The notes below the pieces were generated by a model. That model searched no databases, was not told the origin of the DNA, and saw only the letters and a program-made list of their open reading frames with translations. Source: Vicugna vicugna (Eukaryota). Taken from it: DNA of 64,000 bases. Shown here piece after piece: positions 1 to 13,264 of this stretch. The DNA lies in contig MU058654.1 in the NCBI GenBank assembly GCA_013265495.1, positions 124,001 through 188,000 on the forward strand, read 5' to 3'. The position numbers were made by a program, and so were the translations under genes. Numbering within the stretch: the first letter of the stretch is position 1; each line of letters opens with the position of its first letter.

Positions 1-2929
1 CCGGCATATGAAATCTGCTACATGTTTTTGGCTCAAACCCAAGCACTCTCTTCAGTCAATAGGCAGAATTCATTCAGATGGATTTTCCACATCCAAGTAA
101 AAAGGTGAGAAAATACAGAAAGGCCAGGGACTGAAATAAAAGAAACCCTATCCCAGAGAATGGTTTCATAATTATAATAGCGCGTTTTAATCACTGTGAT
201 TGTTTAATATATTATGAACACAGAGCTATAAGGATAATCATTGTCTTATCAGTCACGATCTCTTTGTTATAAGCAGTGCTCATTTGGGATTTAGCAGTGG
301 ATAGCTCCAGTCCTTACACTTTCCTCACATATCAAGTGGTCTTAATTATGTGGGCAGTCAGACGCTCTCTGGAGACAAAGCAGGGGATGACAAACATCAG
401 GTAAGGAAAGCTCCCCGCTCCTTCCTTCTTTGTTTCTGCTCAATCCCCTGTAGCCAAAGCCGCATATGCAGCTTTTTTCCCATCTCTGAGACACTTTAAC
501 TGTGAAACGAGTAATTTAGCTGAAAAATTTCAGTTGTTTTTTTTTCTTTTTTTGCATGCTTCATATGCTGGGTTAAAACCATTAGCATATAACAAAAATC
601 TGAGCAGATGCAACGCAACAGATTCCTTAAGGGAATCCATATTTTTACATATTTTGTAATAAGGAAACTGTCACTCCCAGATGGTCTCGAGCTAATACTG
701 GTGGTTTGCTTGCTGATAACATACTAAAAAATAAAATTAATTGTATTCTATTTGATGACAATGAAGTCATTATCATATATACTACACTCTTAAAGAAAAC
801 AGATCCCAAGGACCAGCTTCCTGAATGATTAGGTTTATTTTGTTTCTTGGCCTGGCCAGAAAAAAAAAAAATTCAGCTTGGATCTTACAGTTGGAATTCC
901 CTCACACCTGGCATGAAAATGCACTACGGTTTATAAATGTGGTGAAGTAGGGAAAAAAAAAAATGCTCTGCGAAATTGCTAACAATATTAGAGAGAAGCC
1001 TGGTGGTATAAATACAACACATCAGATACTTCCAAATCTACTTCCCAAAAGTGGTATTGAAATCACTCTTTACCACTCTGTGGTGAAGCCGTCTTTCACG
1101 ATTCAAGTCCTGGTCGGTAGCCTTGACCAATCACTGCAAGTCATACTTACCTGAAAATATGCATAATAGACCTTGAAATTAAAATCTCACGTTGGTACAT
1201 ACTTTGGTATATTTGCGTAGTTATTTTTCATAGTAATGCAGCACATTTTCTTGATGTGTCTTTTTACCTGTAATCAACTTAGAATAGTTTCTTTCACATA
1301 AATAACATTTTCATATATAACATTTATCACATATAACATTTAGGACTTAACGGTAATTATACGATAAAATGTATCTTGACTTAGCATTCTCCTGTATCAA
1401 CCACAACTCCGTCTAGATCTTACATTCAAAACTGTTTTTACAGGTAAGATGTTCTTAACTTGTATTATAGGTTACCTCCTTTTATTTAAAAGCAAACAGA
1501 ACAAGAGGAAAAAGAAAACCCACATGACTCTATACACTGGTAACTAGCTAGCTACCTACTTAACTACCTACCTATTTATCTATCTATGAACGTTGTTATG
1601 CCCAAATCAGTGTTTTATTTTCAGATAACTTTTGTTGGTGGGAGCTGAGATTATAATATTATTTGCTGGGATGTATTAGTGGTCCTATTTTTCCCAAGTT
1701 GGGATTGATTTCTTGTGTAGCATCATGAGTGTGTTCCCCCTATTCACAGGACTCAATTCTAGCATCATATAGAAAAATAACTATAATAAATAAGGCCCCT
1801 TTTTGGGGGGGAGATTTGAAAGCTTGAAAGTCAACTGAATAGGTTTTCAGAGATCATGAGCAAAATAAAAAAAAAATTTTAATCTATGAACAGTATAAAG
1901 TATATGAATAATAGAATAGATCCATATACATTAAATCTATAGATCATAAATATTTCAACAGAGAGGCAGTTTTTAACCCTGAATCAATATTTTTAATAGT
2001 CAGTTAACAATCAGCTATTTAGCTTGTCACAAGCTAAATCGCAGAAGATGATAATGGCTGTATAAATATCTATGTGTCTACATGGCACATATGTAAGTTA
2101 GAATTTATTGGAAAGTTATTTGTGGTAACGTAAATAGAGCTGACTATGTTCTTTCAACTCACATAGGCGTTAGCTGTTGTCTCTTAAACAAGATTTCCCA
2201 AATGGCTAATGCTTGGCATTACTGGACAACGTATATTAAGTTTGCTAGTCTGTAATAACACAGTTAGCCATGGATGCTCTATTGTAGAGCAGTGGTGTCA
2301 GGGAAGTCACAGGCATGTAAAGATTGGAGCGATCTTAGTGATCATCATTCAATTTTTTTCTTCTTGCAGATAAGAAACCCCAGGCAGAGTGACATCATGA
2401 TAACAAAACAGAGACAAGGAGAGTCTCAAGGTTTTATTATCATTGTTGAAATGTATATGCACGTGGGATGTTAAAGGGCTGAAAAGATATGATTCACCGA
2501 GAAATGAATTAGCAACCAGATCAAAACGGATTTCAAAATTTCAGTTGAATTTGATCTGCCTAACTCACCGCAAGGTGCCACTTTGGGAAGAGGAATAATT
2601 TCAAGGTAACTTCTCTCCATTCCAGGACTACTGGAAGACTTTTTGTTCTGTTTGTCAAAATCACCAACAGACACAAGAGGCAAAGAGGAAGTAGATCAAA
2701 CAAAAATATAGTGATTATTATCACTAGTACCAAAATCATCAATCATATAATTTTATATGTAAAACTTTATATATGTACATATATATATATATATATCATG
2801 TAAAGGCTGTTCTAACATGCAATGAGTTCTGAAAATTTTTATGATTTTACAATGATTAAAATCACAGTCTTTCTGTTGTCTTTGTACCATGTCTCAAGTG
2901 TTAAATAAAAGCTAACTTGAATATAAAGG

Positions 2930-3135
2930 CAGAGGCTATATGGTGTAATGGAATAGTCCCGGATTCAGGTCCCAAAGCCAGGGCTGGAAGTTTAGCTCAC
3001 TTTTAGAAGGCAAACTGTCAGTGTCCATTAGCCTCAGTTTTTTCAGCTGTTCAATGGAAATACAGACACCTGTTTCACTTACCTCTGCTGGATGGCCCAA
3101 TGAGATAATTTATGTGCAAAGGATTAGGACACTGT
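2930..3135 (+). mobile_element. MIR SINE
   Basis: Core AGCCTCAGTTTTTTCAGCTGTTCAATGG...AATGAGATAAT. Confidence 0.65.
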
Positions 3136-4335
3136 TAACATTCTACAGATACGTTAGGATTTATGAAAGCAACAAGTAGACGGGTCTGACAGGAGGGCTT
3201 TGGGGTCCATGCGAAGAGCGTGAAATTCCAGCCAAGACACAGAAAGCAGCTCCTTCTCCTCAGCCCCAGGGAGCAGCTGCTCACGTCCCCCTGTCTGGAA
3301 TGTGCAGGCTTGTGAAGCAAGATTTGAACAGACTGTTTGGCACTGAGTAGAGTTCTCCCAAGACCTGGCGGGGGAATTAGTTTAAATAATAGTATGTCAA
3401 ATACTCATCAAGACAAATACTAATTGAAGTTTCAAACAAGTCAGACTTTGCCTGTGTAATACTGGAAAGGCAACAGGTGTGTCTTCTGCATTTGATTCGC
3501 AGGAGGTCTACCATGCCTTTCTGAAGCACAAATATCACACAGCTTTTCAGAGTCTGCACCTGCACACAGACTCGAAAAGCTCCTGCAACCCTCCAAGCAC
3601 TTTCTGAGGCTAGGAACGTATGATGTCAGAAGCAAAGAAAATTTGAAAGTCACTTTATGTCATAATTAATTTGAATTCAGTGGTGTAACATTCCAGTGCC
3701 ACCTTTTTATTGATACTCTTGGTTAGAGATGCTATTTCATAAACATTTTTATTTATCTTTAAATCCCTCAAGATCTACTCCATCGTATTTAGTAGGCACT
3801 CAGTATATATTAAATAAACCATCAAATAACTAAATTCACTTGTTGCATAGTAAATATTCAGCACCCTTTATATGGAAAGCACGGGGTGAATTTTAGACTT
3901 CATTATTTTATTAATTGTATGATTACTGAGTTTCAGATGTACCCTAAGTCTTTCATTCCAGTTCACCCTTTACGAAGCCTGAACTTTCTGTCGAAGAGTA
4001 ATTTTCAGGAGCAGCCAATGTATCGCAAAAAAAAAAAAGAAAGGCTACAATTCTGAACTTGCTATTACAAAGCTGAAGAGTGTTGCATGGCACCCTGGCT
4101 CGGCAAGGAAACACCTGCTCTGTCACCCAGAAGGAACACCTACTTCCTTTAATTCAGAATGCACAAGCATTCCTAGGAAAGGGAGGAAGGGGGAAGCTGG
4201 GCTAAAAGTGAAAAAAAAAATTGGGTACCCATTGAATACCTCTGCCAACTAGTAATTGCTCTGGTCTAGGTATTTATTCTTATAAATGGGATTTTAGGAC
4301 CCCAAATTGGTAGGTGATGTGTTTGGTAAGGTTTC

Positions 4336-4338
<3 letters not shown>

Positions 4339-4390
<52 letters not shown>
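4339..4390. repeat. Compound microsatellite (TG)n(AG)n
   Basis: Directly visible perfect repeats. Confidence 0.97.
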
Positions 4391-5243
4391 CAGGAGTGGG
4401 TGTTCTGTACAAAATCAGCTGAGTGCTTCAGAGGTTGAAAAATATATACTTCATCCTAAGAAAATGTAATCGGCAAGGACATTTTCTTGCTCATGCCAGT
4501 GAATTACGCAATTTGTCTAAGTCAAGGGGTCTCGTGAATGTTTGGTTCAAAAATTTTGAGTTGGCATTAACATGGCTGTATGAGAATTTGCCAGGACCCT
4601 ATAATAAACATTAAACATGGGATATCTTCTGTAACCACAATCCTCATGGCAGATTCCTTTTAAATATAAATGTGCAGCTGGAGCTAAAAAGATACCACAT
4701 CTTAAGAGACTCCTTGATATAACTCATAAGGTAAAAAAAATTAACTGTTTCCTCTTATAAATCTTTTCTCTAATGGGCACATTTATGTAAACAGCCAATG
4801 GAGGAATTAAAGTATCAGATTGCAATAGGAAAAAGATATCGGAAGAAAGCTCACCGATTCAAAACAATGCAACCTCTTTGTGTATTACTTTATATGTTTC
4901 CAGGTAATTTGATGTATTTTATCACACTTCAGGATTCACAGTAACCCTTTAAGTCCGATATTACTATTCTCAGATAATAAGCCAAGAGAAGTCAACGGAC
5001 AGATACTTGTTTCCAATGGGATATGATCGTCTGCCTTTAGGACCAGCTTGCTTGGTCTGCCATAGCACTAAGCCACGCCCTCGTGAACAGTAGTTTGGGT
5101 TGAAAAGATCTTTCTGTTTAATTCCTCTAATGTCAGGGCTCTCCTCACTCATCCTGGCAACTAAAGCATGAGTAGTATTTTCAGTTTAGGGTGTGGTTTC
5201 TCTCTTCGTGGGAGATCAGCCTGAAAGGTTGTGAGGTTTCTGG

Positions 5244-5930
5244 TTTTTTTTTTTTTTTTAACATTTTTTATTGATTTATAATCATTTTACAATGTTGTGT
5301 CAAATTCCAGTGTTCAGCACAATTTTTCAGTCATTCATGGACATATACACACTCATTGTCACATTTTTTTCTCTGTGATTTATCATAACATTTTGTGTAT
5401 ATTTCCCTGTGCTATACAGTGTAATCTTGTTTATCTATTCTACAATTTTGAAATCCCAGTCTATCCCTTCCCACCCTCCACCCCCCTGGCAACCACAAGT
5501 CTGTATTCTCTGTCTGTGAGTCTATTTCTGTCCTGTATTTATGCTTTGTTTTTGTTTGTTTGTTTGTTTTTGTTTTTGTTTTTTAGATTCCACATATGAG
5601 CGATCTCATATGGTATTTTTCTTTCTCTTTCTGGCTTACTTCACTTAGAATGACATTCTCCAGGAGCATCCATGTTGCTGCAAATGGCATTATGTTGTCG
5701 GTTTTTATGGCTGAGTAGTATTCCATTGTATAAATATACCACATCTTCTTTATCCAGTCACCTGTTGATGGACATTTAGGCTGTTTCCATGTTTTGGCTA
5801 TTGTAAATAGTGCTGCTATGAACACTGAGGTGCAGGTGTCATCCTGGAGTAGATTTCCTTCTGGATACAAGCCCAGGAGTGGGATTCCTGGGTCATATGG
5901 TAAGTCTATTCCTAGTCTTTTGAGGAATCT
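5244..5930 (-). mobile_element. Young 5'-truncated L1 (ORF2 C-terminus, 3'UTR, polyA)
   Basis: Uninterrupted ORF2 C-terminal frame 5930-5583 (RFLKRLGIDLPYDPGIPLLG...TWKQPKCPSTGDWIKKMWYIYTMEYYSAIK...LICGI*); T16 tract at 5244-5259; TTCTG(G)TTTTT at both flanks as a possible TSD. Confidence 0.93.
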
Positions 5931-6699
5931 TCTGTTTTTAATTGTTAATGTTTAGTATTTACTTGTGAACATCATCATCAGGAGTTTCAGGAAGGTAGGG
6001 AACGTGCTTACATCTGACTGGTTCGCTGCTGCATCCACTACGTGAGATGGTTCTCAGCACTTAGCAGAGGACTGTTGATAAATTGCTCCTGAAAGAGAGA
6101 ATCAGAAACAGAATTTGTACATGCTCATAACTCACCTTAAAAATGATGGCTCCCTCAGCCATCAAATGTGGGTGTGCAAATCTCAAGACTTTTCTTTCCT
6201 ACTTATTTACAGCATTGGTGCTGAATCAAGATAGTTTATCAATAAATAATTTGCATTTATCTTGTTTTCTCTCGTTGACCTACTGTGTAAATCTGATGTT
6301 TTACTTTCAAGTGGTGATAATTCATTCTCACCAGGCTTCTGATTCTTCTAACATTTCTAGCTACCCAAATATCTGGAAAAGATACAAGGGACTTTAGCAG
6401 ACTGAACTCTCCCTGGTGAGTTTCTTAGGTCGCATTCAAAATAGCACATTTCTTTTATTAGCTTTGAGTTTTCTCACCCCAAAATGTGAAGTGCAAATAA
6501 AGACGTATTTGGGTGGGAATGTTGTACTGGCTGTCACGGTTTTAGTCTTGAGGACCCAGTCCTGCTTTATTTAAAGCAGTGTATTATTTAAAGCACTGGT
6601 TTGTTATTACAAGGTCATGTAATATTGTCTGGTTTCCTTTTTAAAAAAAATACATTTTTTATTAATCCCATTACTTTGGTTTATTTGTATTTCTGTTAA

Positions 6700-7170
6700 T
6701 AACAATATGGTTTTTTTTTCCCACAAATAAAATGTGAGTATGTTCTCTTTATAAAAAAAAAATTAGAAAACTACAAATAATTGCCAAGTTCCTTTTACAT
6801 ACCTGCCACAACCACTCCCCCCAAGCCGCTGTTCCTCCAAGGGAAGTAACCACTGATGCTAATGGAGTGTGTATTTCCTTCAAGTCTTTTTCTGTGTGTA
6901 TGCACAAAATAAACCCAGACTCATGGGAGATACATAATATTGTTCTCTGGCTGAGTTGTATTCTTAATTTATTTTCAGTTTAAGCATATCTTGGTGATTT
7001 TGTCCATCGTAGTGCCTGTGGAACAATTTCATTCTTCTTAGCTGCTTCGTAATATTTCCCGGCATGGGTATCCATCTATGCCAGATAACTATCCTGCTAC
7101 AGACAAACACTTGAGATTAGTATCAATTCTTTCCATGATCATCAATAACTCTGCAATGAATGCTCATGGA
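6700..7170 (-). mobile_element. Old L1 3' end (L1ME-like), degraded
   Basis: Degenerate L1M 3' motifs (GTAACCACTGATG, TTTCATTCTTCTTAGCTGC, ATAACTCTGCAATGAAT). Confidence 0.55.
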
Positions 7171-7179
7171 TACCATCCT

Positions 7180-7293
7180 CAGGGTTGCCAGGTTTGCCAA
7201 TTAAAATATAGAAAGGAACATACTTAGACTAAAAAGTTATTGTTATCTGAAATTCACATTAACTGAGCACCCTGTATTTTATCTGTGACCCTG
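7180..7293. mobile_element. MER53-like hAT MITE, internally deleted
   Basis: Terminal inverted repeats CAGGGTTGCCAG...CTGTGACCCTG and internal TTATCTGAAATTCACATTAACTGAGCACCCTGTATTTTATCTG; nested in old L1. Confidence 0.65.
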
Positions 7294-7619
7294 CTCCTCA
7301 TGCAGATGTGAAAGTACATTTTAGACTAGATATCAAAAAATGGAACAACCAGGGAGACAACAATGGATGCTTTTTGTTCCTTTAATTTTACAAGTTTTTG
7401 CCTTCTGTCTTCCTAAATGATAACACCAATTGATAATTTGTTGGATTTTTCCTGGCCTCATGAGTTGAAAGCTAGTTAAGTGTACTGTTCAACTGTCTTT
7501 TTAGTAATATTTATGTCTATAAAGATTTGTCAACATAAGTATCATTGAAAAAGTAATTAGGTGTATTACATGTAATTAAAATATACATGAAGAAGAGCAT
7601 GTTTATCTTCAGTGCATAG

Positions 7620-9620
7620 TTCGATCTTGCTTTAAAACTGAACATGTCTGTACAACCAACCCAGAAATAGAATGTTACCTTTGCCTCTTCCAGTCACTAA
7701 TAACCCTCTACCCAACACACAAACACACACACACATACACACACATACTCCAAGTACAATCAGTATTCTGACTTCTAACATTTTAGGTTGCTTTTGACAG
7801 TTTTGTTGGTTTACTTCTTTACATAAATGGAGCCATAGTGTGTGTGATCTTATGTGTCTGGCTTTTTCCTCTCAACGTTGTGTTTGTGTGTTTCATCCAT
7901 ATGTGTAGTTTTCATTCATTTTCATTGCTGTATGGTAGCCATCTAATTTTGATCTTTCTGTTTCTGGGGAAAACACATAAAAGACCATAACTTTTCCTCT
8001 GAGCACCACTTTGGCCTCATTCCAACGACTTGTGTCAGTCTCATTTGTTCCTAAAGCAATCCTAAATTATGTTTTAAATATTGTCTTTAATCCAATAATT
8101 ATTTAGAATTGAATATGTATTCATGAATTGGCTTTAGAGTCCCTTCTTTCTCCTTTTTCTTGGCCAGTGTCTAATTTTGTTTAATTGCTTTTTTTCTTTT
8201 TTAATTTTTTTTTGCACTATTCTTTTCACCAGTTTCAAAATATTACTCATTCACTCTTCCAAAATCTTGAACTCTGATTTTCTCTGAGGCAAATATTGCT
8301 ACTCCTGTGCTGTTTGGTTTGCTTGATTTATATTCCCTACCCCCTCCACCTTTACTTTGTTGACATGTATAGTAAATAGCTGTTTGGTTTACATTTGGTT
8401 TATTTCATTACCCAGTCTTCATCTCTGCTTCCAAGTAGGGGAATTTTAGCTTAGTTACCCATTTTATGAGTACTGATTTTAAAATATTTTAATTCTAATT
8501 TAGTAACTCTGGAGAAAATTAAGAAATGCATATATTTTTAAACAGATTTTAGTTAATCTAGCCAAATCTTCTCCCTGAACCAATCAAGACTCAGCCCAAA
8601 TTTATATGCTACTGTCTTATTTCCATGCACCTACCCGATTGATGTTTTCTGTTAGTTCTATCATTATTACTTCTCCAATAATTAATATTTATTTGCACTC
8701 AGATTTCTTTACTATCCATTGCTGCCTACATATCTCTTCTTTTTTAAGCTCCATTTAGGTTCTTATCATGTCTTCCAATGTTTCTTCAAAGAGGGTCTAT
8801 GAATATAACACTTATGAACACATGTCTTCCTGGTATTGTTTCATTTCACGTTGCCCTCATATTTGAGAAATAATTGAGCAGGGTATAGAATAATAAACTC
8901 CAAGTCACATTCCTTGTGGACTTTGAAGATACAGGTTCATTCTTATACATAGTGATGCGGATTAAAGTCTGATGTAAAATAAATTCTCTTCCATTCTAAG
9001 ATACTTCATGTGCTTTTTCTTTTTTGAAACTTATAACTTTTTAAAGAAATATGTACTCTAAAATTTCAGCAACTGTGTTTAAGTGCATGAAAGTTTTTTG
9101 TTTGGAAAGGAATTGCTTATTCAGTTGGTTTGGCACTCAGTGCCCTTTTTGAAACTGGAGTCCATGTATTACTTCTGTTTTGGGTCAATTTTTCTATCAC
9201 TACCTTACCATTCCCTTACTTTAATTCTCTCCAGGTCCTCTTTCTGCAATTTCTATTAGATGGAAGTCAGGAATACTGAAACTATCCTCATTGAGTGTTC
9301 ATTTGTCTTTTGTATTTTCCATCTTTTAAATTTGATTTGCTTCATTTAAGTTCAGTTCTACCTTGACTACAAATTAATCCTGAGATTGCTTTGTTTATTT
9401 CAATGCTCATCTTTCCATTTCTGAGATCTATCATTGTGGTTTTATAGAAATATATTTAATTTTTTTGGTGCATTCATACTCTAAAGTCTTATTTCCCCAG
9501 CTTCCAGAAACTGTTGAGTGTAAGTTGTTCTACTTGTTTATTGTTTCCTTTTTTCTATACTTGTGATTTTTAAAAATGTATCAATGTTTGATGTTTTGGT
9601 TTTGTCCTGATTTTGGTTTT
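7620..9620 (-). mobile_element. Cluster of highly decayed L1M fragments
   Basis: T-rich sequence with L1M motifs (ATTCTGACTTCTAACA, GTGTCTGGCTTTT, CAGGGTATAGAAT, AAGTCTGATG). Confidence 0.5.
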
Positions 9621-9976
9621 TGTCGGCTTTTTAAGGCAGTGGGTAAGACATAGGACATAGTTCACCTTTGCATTTAAAATTAATAATTTTTAATTTATGG
9701 TAAATCTATCATTGTGTTTGATGAACTTAGAGTTTCAAGATCTGAGACCTATATTATGTAAAATGTTCACATTGAAATGATTATGTTACTCATTTAAAAA
9801 GATGGCATGTTTTTAGTTTTCAAAAGTAATGTTAAAGACATTCTTTCTCACCTTAACCTTCATTTTTGCTACAATTTCAAAATACTTTCTTCTTACCAGG
9901 TTAGATAAGAATTATAGTTATTCTCTACCTTCTAGTTAGAAATCCTTGAATGATTATGTGCTGAGTTTTGAGGGGG

Positions 9977-10135
9977 CCAGTTTTCCCAAATATGTCGTCT
10001 AAGACCATTGGAAAAGATACTGATTCCCTGGCCTATCTCTTAGAAATTCTCATATGGGTAGTCCAGAGAGATTATTTTTATTAACAGGTGTCTCAAGTAA
10101 ATAATCTTACAACCTGGCAAATTTGGAATAAGTGA
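9977..10135. mobile_element. MER5-like hAT-Charlie MITE
   Basis: Ends CAGTTTTCCCAAA...TTTGGAATAAGTG; internal ATACTGATTCCCTGGCC. Confidence 0.5.
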
Positions 10136-11316
10136 TCATTTTGGAACAGGGGCAGAAATCCACAGAACCTAAACAGTCAGTCTACTGGTCATCCTATCAT
10201 TTGGTCGGAGTGATGGAATTAAACTGAAGTTTCACATCAGGTAAAGTTCTGTGTCCTCTTTGATCAAACACTCAGACATCTACTAAATGTGCTGTTTTAA
10301 TCCCTGATTGGTGACATTTACTGTGCCTGGTGGCACTTGTGATTCAAAATCTTGTTTCTGACACTTGACAGAGAAGGGATGCGGTGCTAAACCACTTCCA
10401 CCTGCTAAAATCGGTTGCATTTTGAGCAGGGTTAACTGAGGTGCACCATTTGGAAATAGTTTGCAAAAATGCTTCACATCTCTCAGGGGGAGGCGACTTG
10501 TGTGCCTGGTGGTTTCTGAGTGCTTCAAGACTTAAACTTGATCTCTACGTCAATCAACTAGGAATCAAAAAAGTAGACTGGATAGCAGTTTTACTAATCT
10601 GAACAATTTTTGAATATTGTAGAGTTTTGCTGCATTTTGATATCACTGTCAACTGGTTCCAGTGTAGAACTTTATGATACACTGTGTAATACTGTGTCAT
10701 TCTCAGAGGCTGATTGCCTCGAATTCACAGCAAGCACTAATAACTAATTTCAGCTAAAGCTGATAAAGATAGTGCTAGAAATTGCTTGAATCACCTTAGT
10801 CAAATCCTGCAGTAAAAAGCTTGCTTTCCACAGCTTATCCTTAGCAAGATGGGAGATAGACAAATGTCAAACTGTTTGAAGGTTTAATTTGTTTAAAGCA
10901 GGAGTCAAAACGACTTTTGTGCAGGTTATTTGTCAGTTTACTTATTGGGTGGAGACAGGAAGGAAAGAGGGGGATAGAATATTCAAATTCCCTGGATATC
11001 CATGCTGGCAATGGAAAGGGAAATTGTATGACCAAGTCATGCTGTATTCAGCACATGCATTTATTTAGCATTAATCCGTTAATTTTCAAAGTCATGAGTT
11101 ACTATTCATTAGTTGTAGTTTGTGTAATATTTTCTGTATTTTACGAAAGCAAAGAAAAAAGAGGAATAGTCATCGGGGGAAGTGAAAATGCTACTTTTAA
11201 GGGAAAATAAGTTTAATTTAAGCTAACTTCAGGTTAGATCAAAGGTTTGCTACCATGATCTTATAACCTTTGCTTCTACAGATCAGACTTGAAAACTCGA
11301 GAAGGGTCCATCAGGT

Positions 11317-11372
11317 AATCCTGGAGCCCGGGATCCAGGCTTGAGAATCCTGGAGCCCTGGATCCAGACTTG
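11317..11372. repeat. 29-bp-period tandem duplication
   Basis: AATCCTGGAGCCCGGGATCCAGGCTTG / AATCCTGGAGCCCTGGATCCAGACTTG, 2 mismatches in 27 bp. Confidence 0.9.
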
Positions 11373-11459
11373 TTCTGACTTTGAAGGGCGTTGAGTCTCT
11401 GATACTAAAGTTTAATAATTACACTCTAATTATTGATATTGATTATTAATAACATTAAA

Positions 11460-12090
11460 TATACTGTGGTTTTACTTTGCATGACCCTGATGAGTAACAA
11501 TGCTGAGCATCTTTCTATGCCTTTATTAGCAATTTATGTCCTTTTTTTGAGCTATCTGTTCAACATTTTCCTTATTTTTATTGGATTGTCTGTTTTGTTA
11601 TTATTTAATTGCAGAAGTTTTTTTATGTATCCTGGATGTGTGTGATTCTCAGATATATGAGTCATGAATATTTTCTTCCTGTCTATGGCTTGCGTTTTCA
11701 TTTGTTTAACAGTACCTTTCAAAGACTAAATAATTTTAATTTGAAAGAACTGAAATTTGTCATTTTTTTCTTTTATGTTTTTGGTCCCTTATGAATCATT
11801 TCCCCTTAAGTTTTCCTCTAAAAGTTTTATAGTTTTGGTATTTGCACTTAAAATCAATGATCCATTTAGAGTTTATTTTTAAATAAGATGTGAGGACAGG
11901 GTCTAGGTTAATTTTTTTTTTTCAAATGGCTATCCAATTATTCTAACACCTTTTGTTAAAAAAGATTATTGTGTCCTCCATTGAATTACCTGGCACCGAT
12001 GTCAAAAAACAGTTGGCTATACATGTAAGCTTATTTCTAATCTTTCCTGTGTCCCACTGATGAACATGTCTATTATTATGTTATTATCAG
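11460..12090 (-). mobile_element. Old L1 ORF2 fragment
   Basis: Antisense ORF2 motifs: TGTGGTTTTACTTTGCAT, ATGCTGAGCATCTTT, TGATCCATTTAGAGTT, TATCCAATTATTCTAACACC. Confidence 0.8.
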
Positions 12091-13264
12091 GACTTAGAAC
12101 ATTGCGTGGTAAATAATAGCTGTGTAGTATGTATTGATTAATGAAACACATGAAACCTAATAAACCTAATTTATGTATGCTTTGGACAGTAAGATCTAGA
12201 TGTGCAGTAAGCTCTGCTGGTCTCTACACCCATTGGAATAACAGCTTCCACGTTCCAAGTGGCAGGACCGTATCACTTCGCTCGTCTCTATAGGAATCTC
12301 TGAGGAAGGGGCCACCTTTCCCTCCTTCCTTCCTTAGCACCACCCCTCCGCTCTAGGTGATGCCCCCTCCCTCCACGGCCGTGAGCTGCTCATGAGCACC
12401 CTGGAAATGCTGGCTTTCCCTCATCTCTGAGGTTCCCAGACGTCTGTCTTCACTACCACCCTTGCCTGGTCCTCTTTTCGATGTCTTCTTCCCTTAGGCC
12501 ACTGGTGATGTAAGTGCACCAACAAAAACGTTCTGTTTGAGCTGCTCACAGGGGTGTTGACCCGACTTTGATCTCTGGTGTCCCCAAATCTACCCTCACC
12601 CTACCTTTCTCTCTATATCCCCTGGACCCTCTCTCTCACATAGAGCTCTTGATCTTTCCTATTAATAAAACAGATCATAAATCAGTCTGTGCCTCTCAGT
12701 ATGACTTGTGTGTATCTGTGTGCGTATGTACATGTGTGTGTTTGCACTCACTGTGTGCACTGGGGGTGGGGGAGGGGCTGCGTGGAGGTTCCGTTCAGGA
12801 ACAGTGTCTTTGGCGCCACTGATTTTTCTCTCCCTGGGGAATTCATTACTTCTGTCCATAAAGCTGGCTTTCCTCAGGCCTCCCTCCCACGAGTATGTCA
12901 GACTTGGCTTCTGTATCTAAACCCCAATCATAGACAAGTTTTTACTGAAATAACTGTGTCCCAGTTGAAAGTAATCCTTACTGAAGGAAGTAAAAAGAAT
13001 AAATTTAGGATAAATGTTCGATTTCATTATTTATAAAAAAAAATAAATTTAATTATTGCGTTTAATTCTCTGGTTTAAAAAACAAGGCAAAAGACACTGC
13101 TGGAGGAAACTCAGAAGCACTCTATAACACATTGCCTAAGGTGTACTGACACTTACAACTATAAGATGCTGATTTAAATTAAAGAAAACGCCTGTTTAGG
13201 CAAGTGTTTTCCTGAGATACCCACTCACCTATTGAATTAGGAAAGATTCTTAAAAATAGAATTT

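Noticed and set aside
1145..1153. Perfect donor CAG|GTAAGT on the minus strand (another at ~58166-58174)
   Set aside because: No convincing upstream acceptor or open frame; isolated matches are expected by chance.
1292..1341. Three ~15-bp TATAACATTT-type units
   Set aside because: AT-rich slippage minisatellite without spacers; not a CRISPR-like or functional array.
2569..2647. Minus-strand exon candidate (CAG|...GCG|GTGAGT; NKKSSSSPGMERSYLEIIPLPKVAPC)
   Set aside because: Poor pyrimidine tract, unrecognised peptide and no partner exons that I could link.
5583..5870. 95-aa ORF as a host gene
   Set aside because: L1 ORF2 C-terminus; the same applies to the ORFs at 30307-30507, 33152-33403, 35633-35971 and 61982-62221.
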